This document shows, in pieces, positions 12,801 to 27,800 of a stretch of 64,000 nucleotides of DNA. This DNA comes from Phoronis australis (lineage: Eukaryota > Animalia > Phoronida). Positions within the stretch are counted from its first letter, which is position 1; every line of letters begins with the position of its first letter. Both the position numbers and the translations under genes were made by a program. The notes beneath the pieces are model-generated. The model saw nothing but the letters and a program-made list of their open reading frames with translations, was not told the origin of the DNA and did no database searches. The DNA is taken from NCBI GenBank assembly GCA_002633005.1, contig NMRA01000226.1, positions 127,728-191,727 on the forward strand, in the 5' to 3' direction.

Positions 12801-15800
12801 CAGGAAGACCAGTGGGGAGTTGTGGTTTGCAGCAGTGCCACCTTTGGCACTGGAGTCATTGACTTCAACGTCATCTTCATAATTGCTGCACTGTTGTCTG
12901 CAGTGACAACGGCGTTGTTGATGTGGGGGTTTGATGCACTCTTATCTCGTCAGTGTTGTTCTAGCACCTTTGTGTGGCAGGATCGAATATGTGTGGCAAT
13001 GTTGTTCAACCACATAGTTCTTTCATTGGATAAAAAGGATAGCATGAAAATTTCCTCTTAACTTAAAGAGGCATGGAACGCGAAAGATCGTCAAAAATAT
13101 CTAAAAACAATTCCTGACGAAAGTAATATCTCGCAACGTGTTGTGCCAAGTAATTCACATTCATTACGGCGTTTTCTCGCTGTTCCCAACTTGTTCGATT
13201 CTATAGCCCAACAACTAGTTGGGAAGTTTACCCCTGTAACCCATATCTTGCACGACTGATTAACTCCATTCTGGCGTTCATGGTTGGAGGGCCAGCTCTC
13301 TTTTGTTCAATAATTGCTCTAATCTTCAAAAAGATCATATCTAGCCTGACTGGGCTTTGCTGTTAAAAATAAAAGTTAAGTCATAACATATTTGAACATA
13401 GCATTTCTGAAATCCTCGTGTAATGGTGATCATGTTTAGTTTTTGAATCGCCAAAATCGCCCAACTGCAACCGAAGTTACGACAATCTAATCTTTCTGAA
13501 TGTACCAATTCGCTCTGGATTTGACGGTGTTCACACCTGGTCTGTAATAAGCCTGGTAGATATTTGGCTTAACTGTTGACAGACAAAAGACTTTGCTTGG
13601 CAGTTAACAAAGAAGTTAGATGTTATCACCAGCTCAGAACCCCCTTCGTCTGGTAAAGTCAGTGAACAGGAAAACGCAAAATTAACCATTTTTGAATTAC
13701 GCGCAAAGGAAAAACTGTGGTTACTTCAGAGTTTCCACTCTCCCTGCCACTTACGATAAATGCACATATTCGCTCACTGTTAGTTGCTTGAACTTGGTTG
13801 AGGTCAGAGGTCACATTCTCCATATTAGGGAAATGTGCCATGTCTATGAGAGGTCGGGCTTTGTGGGAGAAAAATCTAGAAAGTGACGAGTCGTTTTTTT
13901 TAAGTTTGGAACTGATAGAAAACGCTTTGGTATCGACAGAAATAACAACTCTTCTCGAGTAAATCCTAAACATACCTGGTGAGCAGGTTGAGTTCTGTTT
14001 CATTGGCAGAAAACCACTTTCAATATCACAATTTAGTCTGTTCCAGGCCTCTTTGAGTGAAGTGCAGGTTTCAGAGTGAGTGCAGGTGCAGACAAGAACA
14101 AACTACCTTTTTTTCTTCTGTTTGCTTTGTATCCAGGAGATGATGCTTGTTCATGTACTTAAAGACTTATTATTTTTATTGGCGAATGTGCTTAGCTTAT
14201 ATCTTTGTTCTAAGATAATTCAGTAATCCATGAATACCATTCTCTGTGTTGTAGTTCCGGAAACGTCACCCAAGCTACTTCCTGGTAGTTATACACAAAC
14301 CGACTGTGGAATGTCTTGTCACAGTCGTTGCCCTGTTGACCCCAGCCTGTGTCGTGAAGTGCGGGTCTTCTGGCCAGTAAGTCAGCCATTGTTATTTTGG
14401 ACTGAAAGTTGATTCGGGATCATGGTTTTAATTACCTGTCTTCATTTTAGCGCTTTGTTGGTATAATCCCAGACTTTTTCCTTGTTCCTAATTTTTCTAT
14501 GAAGGTTGTTCTAGAGAAAGGATTAGGGCTCCGTTTTATACAATTCAGTTACTTTGGTCTTAACTTAGACCGAAATAACAGTGCTGTCATTCCATGGTAT
14601 TTCATGTTGCGCTTGTTGAACAATGCTGTTGACGTCATGGCAGCAATCAAAGTTGAGACATAAACTTTCATGAAACGGATCCGGGGACTATTTCAAAATT
14701 CAGTACACAAAACATAATAGATATCGCGTTTTATAGAAAGCAATAATCAGTGGTAGATACTACTGGATATCCTCGTATTACATTTTATGCTCGAGTTAGC
14801 TGCTTCGGGATTAATGTCATCAAAATTTTAAAGGCCCACTGACCTAGGCTTATTAAGGCTCTTTGTTTTTAATAGTTAGAATAGGATCAAAAGTGCATTA
14901 CACCTGCTCTCTCCTGATATTGTTCTCTCGGTTGGTATCACTTTGGGCTTGGAGGGGCTAACTAGTCCAAATAATGGCTTAGAATTTCACAGAATGTTAT
15001 AAATCATGGGTAGTCTTTTTGAATTTGACATACCATGTCAGTGAACGCAATTCTTTGGGACTCCTGCTCTTAGTCATGCAACTATCCTGGCCAGACTGTG
15101 TAAGTAAACACAACTCAACAAAAGGTTTATGATCCTGGCTGAGGTGGTAATTGTTATATTACCCGCCTTGAATTCTGAATAGCCAAGCCCTGAATGATAT
15201 CCAGCTGCTGCTCAATGACATTCCTGATTTAGGTCAATGGATGAACAAAAATGTGATTCAAACTTTTTCAATTCATTCACCAATCACATACAGAAACGAG
15301 ACCATCTTCAGGTAGACATTACCTCACTGTGGTTTGTTATTGTAACCTATTAGTTTAGTTTGTAGTTTGTGTTACATAACATGTTAACTCTCACATAGAA
15401 GACATACCACAAGTGCTGTAAGAATATCTATACACCATTGTTCTAGTTGCACCTTATCCAGTCGAGTTGGAGGCTGTGTAAAGGCTGGTGTTAAAGGCCG
15501 CTATCATTTCTTGTTATAAAATTATGAACATGTCCTCAATTTTTTTAAGGAAAAAGTAAATGAACTTAATTGTTGTTTTTTTATGTTTTCCTAGAGCTTC
15601 TTATCAATGTCTTCCTCAAAACATGTCTGGACAAGCTATGGTGATAGAACTTTGAAATGATAGCGCATTTATTTGGTGCAACCTTTGTTAAGAATGAGAA
15701 CTCGATATTTCCTTGGAATTCTGTTCAACAATGGGAATCGCCTAGAGTTATTTGATTGTCAATTTTTAAAGTTCCAATGAATTCATTTTAATAATCACCT

Positions 15801-18800
15801 TAAGTTTTGTACATTGTGAAACTTTTAATGTCTTTGTATAGAAAGTCACTGAGGAAGATCGCAATGGAGATATCACTGGTTACCACATACGTGTTAATCC
15901 TACGCTGGATGTGCAGAAGTACGTGACTGCCGGCTCATCTCAGTCTGAGACATTAGTGATGTTGAAAAATGAGACTTATACAGTAGAGATTGAAGCAGAG
16001 AATGCTGCAGGACTGGCCAGGACATCAAGTAACATTACTATTCTCTCCACGGATCAAGGTATTGACTGTGTTATTTACAAAGACTGTTCCTCAGACATCA
16101 TTTATTGATTGAAGAACATTTGGCATTCCTAACATTAGGTTAGAAAATCTTCCAGCCTCACAAATCTCCAAGGTTCTCAATAGTGATGTTCTTTTTATGC
16201 GCCCAAGTATTTGTACTGGGTGCATACTGCCGTCATCTCTGTCCGACGTCCGCAGCTGTATCACTGCAGGTCCTCAACGGTTTTCCATAAAGTTTAGCAG
16301 TTGAGCATCCATTAGTGAAATGATGCTAGCCTCTCGTTTTCAGATGGATTCAAGGTAATTTGCACCACCTAGTGGTCATTTTTACTGTTTTCGAATCTGC
16401 TTTTTGGCATCCTCCTTAACTCTGTGAAGGATCTTTGTGAAATTTGAAAAATAGGCTTCTATAGATGACTATGAGTTTCCGATCAGTTGGACTAAAGTTA
16501 AGCCCCCTAGTGTCATATGTTTGAAATGTTTGCCTCTATATCTTAGGAGTTCCTTGGCTCATTTTCATGAAATTCGGTAAATAATTGTGTATTCACAGCC
16601 AGTGCCACCGTCTCAACTCTGATGCATTCTGGGCCATCTAATTTTTATGATTCTAATTAGAGGCACTCCGTTTGCGGTGCTGTCGTGGGCGCATTTCGAC
16701 GCTTTGCATTGCTCTTGTTAAACAAGGATGTTATCTACAGCATGTGACACAACAATACACTGTTTCACTGAAGGTTGTTTTGTTCCCATGATATGAGCAC
16801 TGTACTTGACTTAAATGATAATGCCCATAGAAAGTGTATTTGGCAGAGCTACTGAGAATGTCAAAAATTACTGAAAGGACCACCATGAGGTAAACAGGCC
16901 CGGAACTGCCATCTGAAATCCCATTGTGAGATGGATGTTTCAAGGATACAGTGACAAGATCATATTTCCATTACAAACAAACACATTGGAATCATCAGCG
17001 GCTCAAGGAAAAACTTCAGGGTTTAATTATTATGAATTTCATGTAGCATCTCTGCATTGCCTTTGACTTGCATTGGTAACTTAAATGGGATCCTACCTCG
17101 CCAAGAAATCATTTGACCAACTTTCTGAGAGTATAATCCCTAATGCAGCTTCAGACGGTGTGTACAGTAAAGTTGCTTTTTATGCACCAGGTGGCGTGGT
17201 CGCTCCAGCCTATGTCGCTGCATATCGTTCTCTGAGTGAGTCACAGACAGTCCTTGTAAAGTGGAGTGTAGATGGTTATGGCGGTGATGACGGAGAGTAC
17301 ATAATTTACTATAGTGATTCCGACATCAAGGATCGGTGGTCTAAACCAAAGGTAGGCTACCTTGCACAAGTGCTGCCACACCACCTATTGGTGGCCAGCA
17401 GGGGAGTCTCAACAAGCTTGATTATCACAGAAAGTTTTTATGTACTGTTGGATATGCTCAGTCTTATCTCCTGACTTGTTAAAATGTCCGTGGATGTTTT
17501 TTCAAATTCCCTGGGCTTGGTAGCTTTTGACGCTGTGGAATCAGATTTTTGCTGGCACTTACTGCAGGCGCATTAAGTTCGATAGTCACGAAGATTGACT
17601 TCAACTCCCTGTTAGATAGGATGATATTGTATTCGCAATATTGTAGCTGCAACTGGACATATGATGATGACTTGTAAGAGCAAATTAAACAATAAAGTCT
17701 TTATTATTTTAGCGAAATAAAGTAATTTCTTTGTGTGATGCATTTTGAAGCCTCAAGTTGGGTGATCCATTGATTTTTAAGTATCTAGATCTAAGCACTA
17801 GGGTAGTGGCCTGAAATTTCCGTTCTTTCACCTTAGTTTTTTAGTGATTAGGATATTAACCAAAGCCAAAATAAGACAACCTTGTTTTATACAATGCACT
17901 GGCCTATCTTGCTGTTTGTAGACGGATGTGTTTTCTATGATCGTGCCTGGTGCCGTGAGAGAGGAGAATATTACTTTGCCTAGTGGACACCAGCCTGATG
18001 ATTATTGGTTTGGTGTGACACGTGTGCTTCGGTCCGGGGATTCAAGCCCTATGGTAGTCAGTGAGTGTGTCTACAAACCAGACAACGGTAGGTGGATTTC
18101 AAAGGTTGTGTCCTAAGTTGATATGAAAAAAACAACTGCTTTGACTGGCAGAATTTGTTACACACCAGTCAACAGGAAGTCTGTGTTTAACTTGTTTGGG
18201 GCAGTTGGATATTTGAAACTTTTTGGCCACGTTTTACGAACCTCAAAGTGGATAGTATAAATTGTGGAAAAGTGTGAATGCGTTACGCACCCGCGCAGTG
18301 GTCGGCCAGTCAGGATACAGCTGTGTCGTTATCAGTTTGACAGTTGCAACCCAATGTTTACATGGTGCACCTCACTTATTTCTGCTTTTATCTGATAAGC
18401 TGATGTAATCCTGCAATTATGTTGTAAACAGCGCACCTGATGCTAACCGATATTTAAAAATACTATTTGCAAACGATATTCAACAAATGTCGTAAAGCTG
18501 AATGAAATGCTTTCACTAAAAACTGCGAATAGAGAAAAATGGTCAACTTTCAGCGAAATTGGAGTTAACTTTCACCTGTTGATTCCTTTCTGTGACTGTA
18601 TGCTCTGACCTGCTTAACCACAGTATTGTGTACCAACACAAAAGGCTTGCTTGGCAAGCTTAATTGAGCATATTCTAGATAAGATCCTGATAGTGGAAAT
18701 TTCTTGATTTTCACACTCCAGTGGTGGGTAATGGTACAGTGCAGCCACTCAATTATTAGACTTCGTCTGGTCTGCCTCATGGCTAGCCAGACAGGAGCGT

Positions 18801-21800
18801 TACCGGAACACAGGCGTGACCTAAGTCAGTCACGGACTTGTCACGCTTACTCTGCGGGTAGCCCTCACGCATACCTCCGGTTTAGTTAACGCCTTTTTCA
18901 CGCTGTCGTCGGGCCTCCCTCATGCTTTCCTTGCGCTTCCCTCACGCTTTCCCCACGCTTTCGGTAGATGTGGCAACCGTGTTGATGCGCCGGACTAATA
19001 GAAATACATGTATCATCTAGATCTGTGCATCGTTTTGGCTGAGTAATCATCTTTTAACACTGTTGGTCAAACAAAGGTCCCCCTTAAGCTTGTCTGGCGT
19101 TACACTTACAAAATAATGCTTTCCAATTTATGACTAAAAAGCCTGTCCCATCAACGACTTGTTGTGGTTAGTTAAGACGAACTAATAACGCACCGAGTTA
19201 ACAGCCACATTTACATGGCTGTGGACTTCGTGAAACTCGCCATAGCTGGATATAGCTAATTCGCCCTAAAAATAGCCTACGCATCTTGATACATGTGCAT
19301 GTATTGTCACTCTTTATATTTTTGCACGGCACTCGAGAACAGAAAATTTCAATAGGCCCCCCTCTGCGGGTGACGGCACCTGGCATCCTAGTCTCCTACT
19401 GCAGTTTAGTTATTTGTAGCCCATTCCTGTAGTGTTTTCTTGAGTAAAATATTAATAGCGGTCACTTGTTTGTCTCGTCAAGTGCATGGGCGTGATAATT
19501 TTTTTATTTGTGATAAATGATCGTAGAATTCACGTGCTATGCTTTGGCGTGTAAGCATTATTAATACAAATACCAGATTTTCAAACCAAAACATAAAGCC
19601 ACAAATGTCCAAGTCCAGGACTGTTAGGCTGTGGAATTTACTCCCAAATAACTTATTGTACGGAACACAAAATTAATGAACTAAATTGATTTTGTAAGAT
19701 ATTATTCTTAGACTCTTGTGAGTGTCACAGTTGTGAGTAATAAATATAGTATTGTTACAGGAACGCTTTTGACCAAGAAAAGTTATCCATTTGTTTTTCT
19801 CATGTATTTAGTTCTATAAGAACTGCATGTACATTATTTCTTCGTCAATTTCTGACGGGGACTAACAAGTCTGCTACTGCTTTATCCGTTTGTGAATCAG
19901 CGTTTACTTATTTTACTTACTTCTACTTACTAACATAGTTTAACAGTTTTACACATTGACACAATTAGATTTTCAATTATGAAAAACGGTTCTGTGTTCA
20001 CTAAATAAATTTCGCCAAGTATGTTGGTCTTCCATCAAGTTTTTTTTTGTTTGTTTGCACGATACAGGTCGCAATTTTTGTCCGATCATCACAAAATTTA
20101 CATATAGCACGTAGTTCCAGAAGTACTGGAAGCCTATTGTTTTTCGTCATAATCGAATCCAAGATGGCGGCTGTGGCGGCCATTTTGTGTTCATTTTAAG
20201 ATTCAAAGGCTTCTGGAGGCTACAATTTTTTACCTACAGAGCTGAAAATCGGCACAATCAATGGACTGGATGTGCACTACAGGTATATCGGAAATTGTTC
20301 ACTTCCATTGAAAGATGGCGGAAATATTGGCACTCGCGCATGTGCACCTCGATTTCGGGAAAAAAACGTTTTCTCCTGTAGAAGGGCCAATTCCTTCGAT
20401 TTTTTTCAAATATTAGTTTTTCATGACATGCTATTATATAATGCCAGAAAACCGGAAGTTGCTTTCAAGATGGCGGATCTGGCGCATGTTGACCCATTTT
20501 CAGTCGTGCTCAGGTGCCATTTAAACGGGAGGAGGAAATGACATGAATTTTTGCATGTGGATTCTCTGACGTACACTCTTTCAAATGAACTGCAACAATT
20601 TTTTTCTCAGACTTACCATTTTCGAGATATTTGACTTGGAATTTCTTAAAAAAAACACAAAATTTCATTTTTTCGAAAAATATTAAGAAATTGGGTGATA
20701 CTATCAATTAAGATAGAGTTTTGAAAAGGCTTTCAGAAGATGTTTTCCATTTTTCGCTAGGACGTCTACTTTTTGAGTTATTTGATGTTTTCTGATAACG
20801 CTGTTCTTTTGTTGAGCGCTCTTGCTGCATTGATGTTGCTTTAGCTTCTATTGAACTAGACTGTAGCCTATTTCTTATTGATTTATGACATCTAAATTGG
20901 TCATATGAATGTTGTTGTTCATCATCTCCACCACCATCATCATATTTTTCATCCTCGTCATCATCTCCGACGTCGTATTTTCTTCAGTTAATTTCGCCAA
21001 ATGTCGCTCAAGACTAGCCTATTTCTTAGTGATTTCTGACCTCTCCGTTCGTCCTATGAATGATATCATAACTCGCATTGTCCATCATCGCCACCATAGT
21101 CGTCATAGCTGTCATCTTCGTCATCATTTCTGTCACCGTCTTTTCTTGTCATCTCTAACGTGGTTTTTTGTTTTTATTGTTTTCAACTTGCACTCGGGAC
21201 TTGAGGTTTCCTCTAATTTTACGCAATATACGCAAATTTACTGGCTCTAAAACTTGGGTGAAGAGTGTGGGGTCTGTTGCTGTTGTCATCCTGTATCGCT
21301 TAGTAGCCATTTGCTGCGGTGACTATAAACATTTTGCTACTTCGCTCCCAGCAGGTAGCTGAGAAAAGAGCCTGCAAGCTTTAATTTACTACTGCGAATA
21401 AATCGGAAATAGTTTAAAATCAACGTGTGTTTGGGCATATTGCTCTAAGAAAACACACTCACAAGTCAATATATGATCTCAGTTTTGACGATCTGTTTTC
21501 ATTTGACGACCTGGGATTTTCGCGAAGTCGCATTTGGCGAGTTGGCGTTCAGCTAAGTGTAAAGCACTGACCCAAAGAATGAAAATACTGAAACGGAAAG
21601 GATTTTGAAATCATTTTATTTCTTCATTACCAACTGTAAATTCTTGTGATTTTTGTTTTGCACATTCGTTCAATTGTGCAGATTGCGGAAGTTACCATTT
21701 CCACCGGACTTATTCATCACACTTTAACCAGTTCAAAATTCAAAATCCCTGTACACCATCCTTGAAACTGTCAAGTTTTCTGACAATAACAGCTAGAAAT

Positions 21801-24800
21801 TCTAATTTCGTGGTGTCGCAAGTGCATTTTTTTTTAAACGCACTTTTGTTTTAAGCGCATCACTTTATATTTGAAGGCATGTGATTCCTCTTCTATTCAT
21901 TGGCGAACAATTTATTTGTAATAAACCCAATTGGTAACGTGCCAAGACAAAGATAAATTAAATCTTAAATGATAGTGTCCTAGTCAAGTCGAGGAATGTC
22001 ACTAGAAATACGATACAGTACTTTGTCATGATGAACCAGTGAGGATAGCAATTAAGACTGTCCCGACTGTAGTGAAGGCAGGGAAACTCTGGCCTAATGC
22101 ACAGCTGGCTCGCGCTTCGTTCACACCTAACAGTAAGCTCCAGGCACGGCTTACGCTCACACAAGTTGTCACGGTCGATTAACGCCTCACTCTCCGCTCT
22201 GTCTAGCCAGACCGGAGGCAGCCTGGACAAAGTCTTATTAATTCAGTGGTTGTACTGTAACCCATACAGTAGTTCAAAATTTGATGTTTGGTTATCCAGG
22301 TTTAGTGGCACCAACACTGACCAAGATGTCGACTTATCCAGACTACACCATCGGCGTGAACATGAAGGCACTGAGATGTGATGAAACGAATGATGTAGTT
22401 GTGAACTACACCATCTTTTACTGTCCCACAGATGTCACTGTTGGGGAGGTGTCTGAAGCGGACTGTACCGGTACACGTTCTGACAGACTGTGCATTTGTC
22501 TACGTATTTCATTTACATGAAGTGTAGTCTTGCATAACTTAATAATGCAGACATTCCACATTGCAGAATGTCTTAGTTACAGAGATCATTTTATAGACAC
22601 CATTACTAACTTTCAATGCAGTCCTTTTTTGGAGCATGAGTTGTTTTACGACATTTGTGCGTCAAATAAATTAAAATCACTTTTGAACAAAGAAAATCTT
22701 TAGTGAATTGTCCATCATTAAGCCGACTAATGTCAGTCATTATAATTCCAGGTCCCAAGCAATCTACCACTGTCAACGTGACTACAACTGAGGTACTCAT
22801 CACCAACGGTGCTGTGGCTGATCAGATGTACTTGGTTTCGGCCACCACACAGACGCCATCTGCCAGAAGCGAGGAGAGTCAGCCTATACGGGTCCGAGTC
22901 TCAGGTCTGATTGTCTGTTTGTTTAAGTAGGGTAGAAATACGTGGCGCATGATTTTTGGTATGACGTTGACCTGGTTTTAATTTAGGCGCTTTTTGTGGC
23001 CTTTGTTGCATCTGGATTCCCTGTAGGTGGTCACATGTAACCATGACATGAGACCATCACATGTGACCATCACATGTGACCTTGACATTGTACAGTTGAC
23101 CTTTGCAAAGAGTCTGCTTTATACTTAATGTGACTGTAAAACACAATCAAATTGACACACTTCAACACGTATTCTTTTTAAATTGTCAGTCGTATCATTT
23201 CCTGTTAATTTTTTTCTGTGAGAGTAATGTAAAGCAGACAGAAGGAGGACTCTATCATCTAGTCTGTGTTCAGCCAAATATTTACAAAAATAAAAAATGT
23301 TCCTTAAAAACATTTTCTGAAAGTAGAAAGCCCGTAGATTTTTTACTTTTTACCAGGTTAGGTGACCATGTCCTTTTAGTACAATTTTGCAAAGAGAAAG
23401 TTGTATTTGTTAGCCAAGGAAAATTCGATATCGATAACATGATTGAATTTTACATTTAAATGAACAAACATTATGCTGAACAGATGTTTGAGAAAATTCA
23501 GAAATGGAATCTTCAACGTTGTGTTATAAGGAGAAAAAACATGGTGCGCAAACTTGTTTGGTGATCTAAAAAAATTGTTGTATTTCTATTGGATTTGACC
23601 CATTACAGGACTAGATGAGAAAGTGCCAAGACAGGTGTCACCATTTGGACCAACAGTTGTTACTTTGAAACATGTTGTCACTTAAATCTGTGCTCTTGGT
23701 TAACCCTACTCTCTGACCTTTTTCATCTTTGACCCCAGTCGCACATGGCCTTACCCATGACACTATAGTTAGACCCATTTAAGCTAATGAGACCCCAATT
23801 TTGCTAAAACTTCCTCAACTCTGACCTTTGTGAGTTTCTGGCTCTATTGCTCTCTTACCATTCCCTTGGTTCTTTTGTTTGACTTTTGACAACTTGTTTT
23901 TTTCAGGACTTACAACAGGGCACATAACTGGGATCGTCATTGCAACTGTTCTCTTTGCCTTTTTCATCGTTGTTGCAATTGTAATTTGCCTCAGGTAAGA
24001 TGAAATTTGAACTGAAATTCTGTTTTGTGTAAATGAGGCCACTGTTCTTCCGATGCACTTACCCTTAAGTAGGTGTTGACAATTGTTTACACACACTAGG
24101 TGAATTTTTCCCGTGTTGCCAATTGTCCACACTACACGCCGTACACTATGTGACAAATGTGGCACAAAAGTGATTGGACACCTCTATGAGCAGTGTAACT
24201 GAGCAAGCTCACAACTGGTATTTACTTCCGCCTTGTCTGCAGGTTTGTGTCTACACTTACAACTTGCACTGGGGCACATTACACTTAGAATAAGTTACGC
24301 TACCTTTGATAAGGTGGGATCAGTTACTGCATGTGTGTGAAGTTGCCCCAGTGCAAGTAGTGTGCAAGCTACCACCAAACCTGACGACAACTCGTTCCAG
24401 GAGTAATTTGTTCTAGCAAGGGTAGTTTGTAGACGTATGAACCACACTTAAGAGCAACCACAAGGGGAACGGTATACAAAATTGTGTACATCTGATCACC
24501 ATCTCCATGTCTTTCACGACTCCAAGCCGCCTGGCCTTATGTTTAATAGATTTCTCTCATCAGCCATGAATGATGCACTATGGTCAAATAAATTGACGAA
24601 GGAATTATTTAAATACATCTAGTTGTGATTCTGGCGTCCTTTGTAAATGCTAATTATTTTGTTTCTGAAGCAGATAAAAGTTCGTCAGCAGCAACCAATT
24701 GAAAGTAAGGAGCAATTAGATACAATTGGTTTTAGACCACCCTTACTAGAACCATAAGCATATGACTTCTGTGTGTGCGTGTGGTGCAGTAGCAGACAAT

Positions 24801-27800
24801 GGACCGTACTGAACATTCCAATAATAGCTCAAGATCAACAACTCTCTTCAGCTCTTTAACTCATACATTGCCATATGGAATTAAGGATTTTCCAGTTTCA
24901 GATTGTCTTATGTTCAGACTCTTTAACAAATCACCTCAAATGAGCGATTGTGGTGCTCGGTGTTTGACGGCTCACCATTCGATGATGTAACGGGTACTCA
25001 ACGCGTGGTTACGCAATAGGGTGACGAGTACTCTTCCTTAAATTGATCACACCCACGCACAGACGCTTGTATTATGCCACAAACATTGTATTCTTGCTTA
25101 AAATTGTGTGGCTCAAGTTGGACAAATTAGGTGGCTGTATTAATTATTCTAATCCCAATGTTCACATTTTATACATCGAAAGGAATCGTGATCTTTGGTC
25201 CGAGTACAAAAATCTCCTAAACTGTGTGCCATTGCATTTTCTGAACAATAATCGTGGAAAATTTAATCCGCGCGGAAAAAATAATTTGTGATTAGTGTTG
25301 GAGAAGGACATGTTGCTTTTTGAATTTTTTTGTTCCGCTAACTGAATCAAAGATCATCATTCGTTTCAATTGTATGATACAAAAAGTCTAGTTTAATTTG
25401 AATTTTGCTACCTTATTCGCAGATCTCGGTCCCCTAACTTTAAAGTATTCTATTCGTGAGTTACCTAACATTGTTTTCTTACTCTTGGTTCATGTCAATA
25501 TTCCCTTTTGTTGTAATTCAGTAGTTAATAATAATCCTGCTTTCTTCGTTCCCAGAAGTAGAAATTATTTACTAGACTGTATAACAAGAACAGACACCAG
25601 AAATATTATTTCTGCTAGTGGGTGGATGTGTCTATTCTAAATATGCATTAGTATAGTGGAGTTTTTGGTGATAGCTATTCAGACAAAATCTTTTTAATCT
25701 ATAAACCTCGACTTTTCTGAGATTACCTGGATTTTTCGTGGATTAGCCCACCCGATGAAACGCCCATGAGCGTTTATTCAGAAAATTATGCTAAATGAAC
25801 GCCCATGGGTGTTGTTTGGTGTTACAACTTGTGGTGTCCAGTGTCCAGACAGTGGGGGTGTTTATTTGTAAATTTTCCACATGAAAGCCCATTCAGCGTC
25901 AACTTTTTGTCACAAATTCAGTGCATTTATCATTTATAAAATGGAACAAGGTGTTGACGAACTATACATTTAAAGCAAAGATAAAGTTTAAAGCACAGTT
26001 TTAAGTAAAAAAATGTCAAAGTCTATGACTTTCCGTTTACATGCCCCCATTTTCAGAATAAACCCGGGTAGTTATTTGGTGTTGCTAAAACGCCTGAAAA
26101 TTTTCATTTTCTGAATACACGCCCATGGACTTATCTATGGAAAATTACGGTAATATTTAAAAGTTTGTTTATTAGTCGGTCATTGGTTACTAAGGTGACA
26201 TGACCTTGCTCAGTTTAAGGACCCATTTTCGGTTAAGCGCCCATGCCTTGAATCTTTTGGCAGTTCAGATTTAAGCCCTCATCTCTTAGTATCAGACTTG
26301 TGTGGTATTTAAGTGACCAGGGTGTTAATCTGGATGCTTATGGTAATTGGCAGTTTTCTTGATTTTCTAGGTGGGTCATTAATTAATGTATTGCAATTTG
26401 TGTTTTTGTTTTCGCAGAAAATGTTGTCAAACTGTGAAAAAGGAGCTCGACGACGTCAAGTTTGAATTTCCTTGTGAGGTAAGTATTAGGTATATTTGAA
26501 AAGTCCTGTAGGGGATTTGTGCTCAAAGCATCCTTGAATACAAACTATACTCTAAAATTAATAGTTACTGTATCTATGTTCAGTTGAGAGTAGAGTTTTG
26601 TTCCGAAAGTACGAACGTAACGGAATGAAGACTGTGGACAATGAAAAGTGTCGTGCGTTTAACAAATTCTGTATAAACTAAAATTGTATGGGACACTCAT
26701 CGTGGCATGAAATGTAGCAATTGCCAGTTGTTTTTGCTGCAGAGGTGGTGTGATTCTATTCGAAAAGCTGCAATGTGATTTCCTGTCTTCAAGTATATTC
26801 ACCATGGAAAATGAATGAAATGTAATTGTGCTATATAATTGTCCTCTGCCACGCATTTACGTGAAGCGCGGAACTGTGTGCTCACAGCCGTCCATCTTTG
26901 AATCATGTTATTGATTGCATGTCTGAAATACAAAGCTTTACATTTTGTTTACATTTTGTACTAACTTACGTGTATGTAATAGGTGCAACTCCAAGTGCCA
27001 GTCAAGTTTGGTGACCGTGACATCATTTTTATTGTCGTAGAATGAAAAAAATATCAATTTTGAGTTGGCAGTATCAGTACCAATATTGTTACCCAGCCAT
27101 CACTTTAATTCTCTGTTTTCAAGCAGTCGCACTAAATTATACTAATACCTTTTTAGTTTATAAAATATAATTACGCTCTTGGTTTGAGTCAAAATTGCTG
27201 CCCAAATAAACCAAGTGGTGGACAGGTGTATTTTTTACTATTTGAGGTAACCAACCAACTCCAGTCAATCCCCAGTATTGAAGTTAGGAATTCCTGAAAC
27301 AGTTTCCGTGTCAACTGTTTTTGTCAGTTAAGATGTCCAGCGACGCAGTTGTTTGATAAATAGAATACCATAAAGTTAGGGCAGAGTATGGCAGAACAGC
27401 AAAATTTTATGGAATCAAAATTATCAACCATCAAGAGTAAATAGTAGACAATTTTAATGGTTTACTTTAGTCTTGAAAACAGTATAAGGTACGACTGTCA
27501 TGAACAAGCACAGGATGAATGTTTTCGGCAATATAATGAGGATTTGAAAAATGAAAAATGGCAATTTTGGCCTTTGTAGTTTTCCGAACTTGGGAAACTT
27601 TATAGTAATTATTGTAAAAAACCCTGTTTCCAATTCATTTGATTTCTCCTTTCTTGTTGTACTGTTCTGGCATTTCTATGCTTTTATCCTAATACCTGCT
27701 TTGTAGTCCCTACACTCATACCCTTCATAGGTACCACTGATTTCACCAAAGACAACAGGGAGTACTTATTATGGCAAATTTACCAAGCCCGGACAAAATG

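Noticed and set aside
12777-13061. Hydrophobic ORF (VIFIIAALLSAVTTALLMWGF) in the intron after D3, a candidate alternative TM exon for a short receptor isoform
   Set aside because: The preceding exon ends in phase 1, but the plausible acceptors give phase 0 or 2 for this frame.
20909-21250. His/Ile-rich ORF, and the Thr/Ile-rich ORF at 38752-38937
   Set aside because: Translations of degenerate trinucleotide low-complexity DNA.
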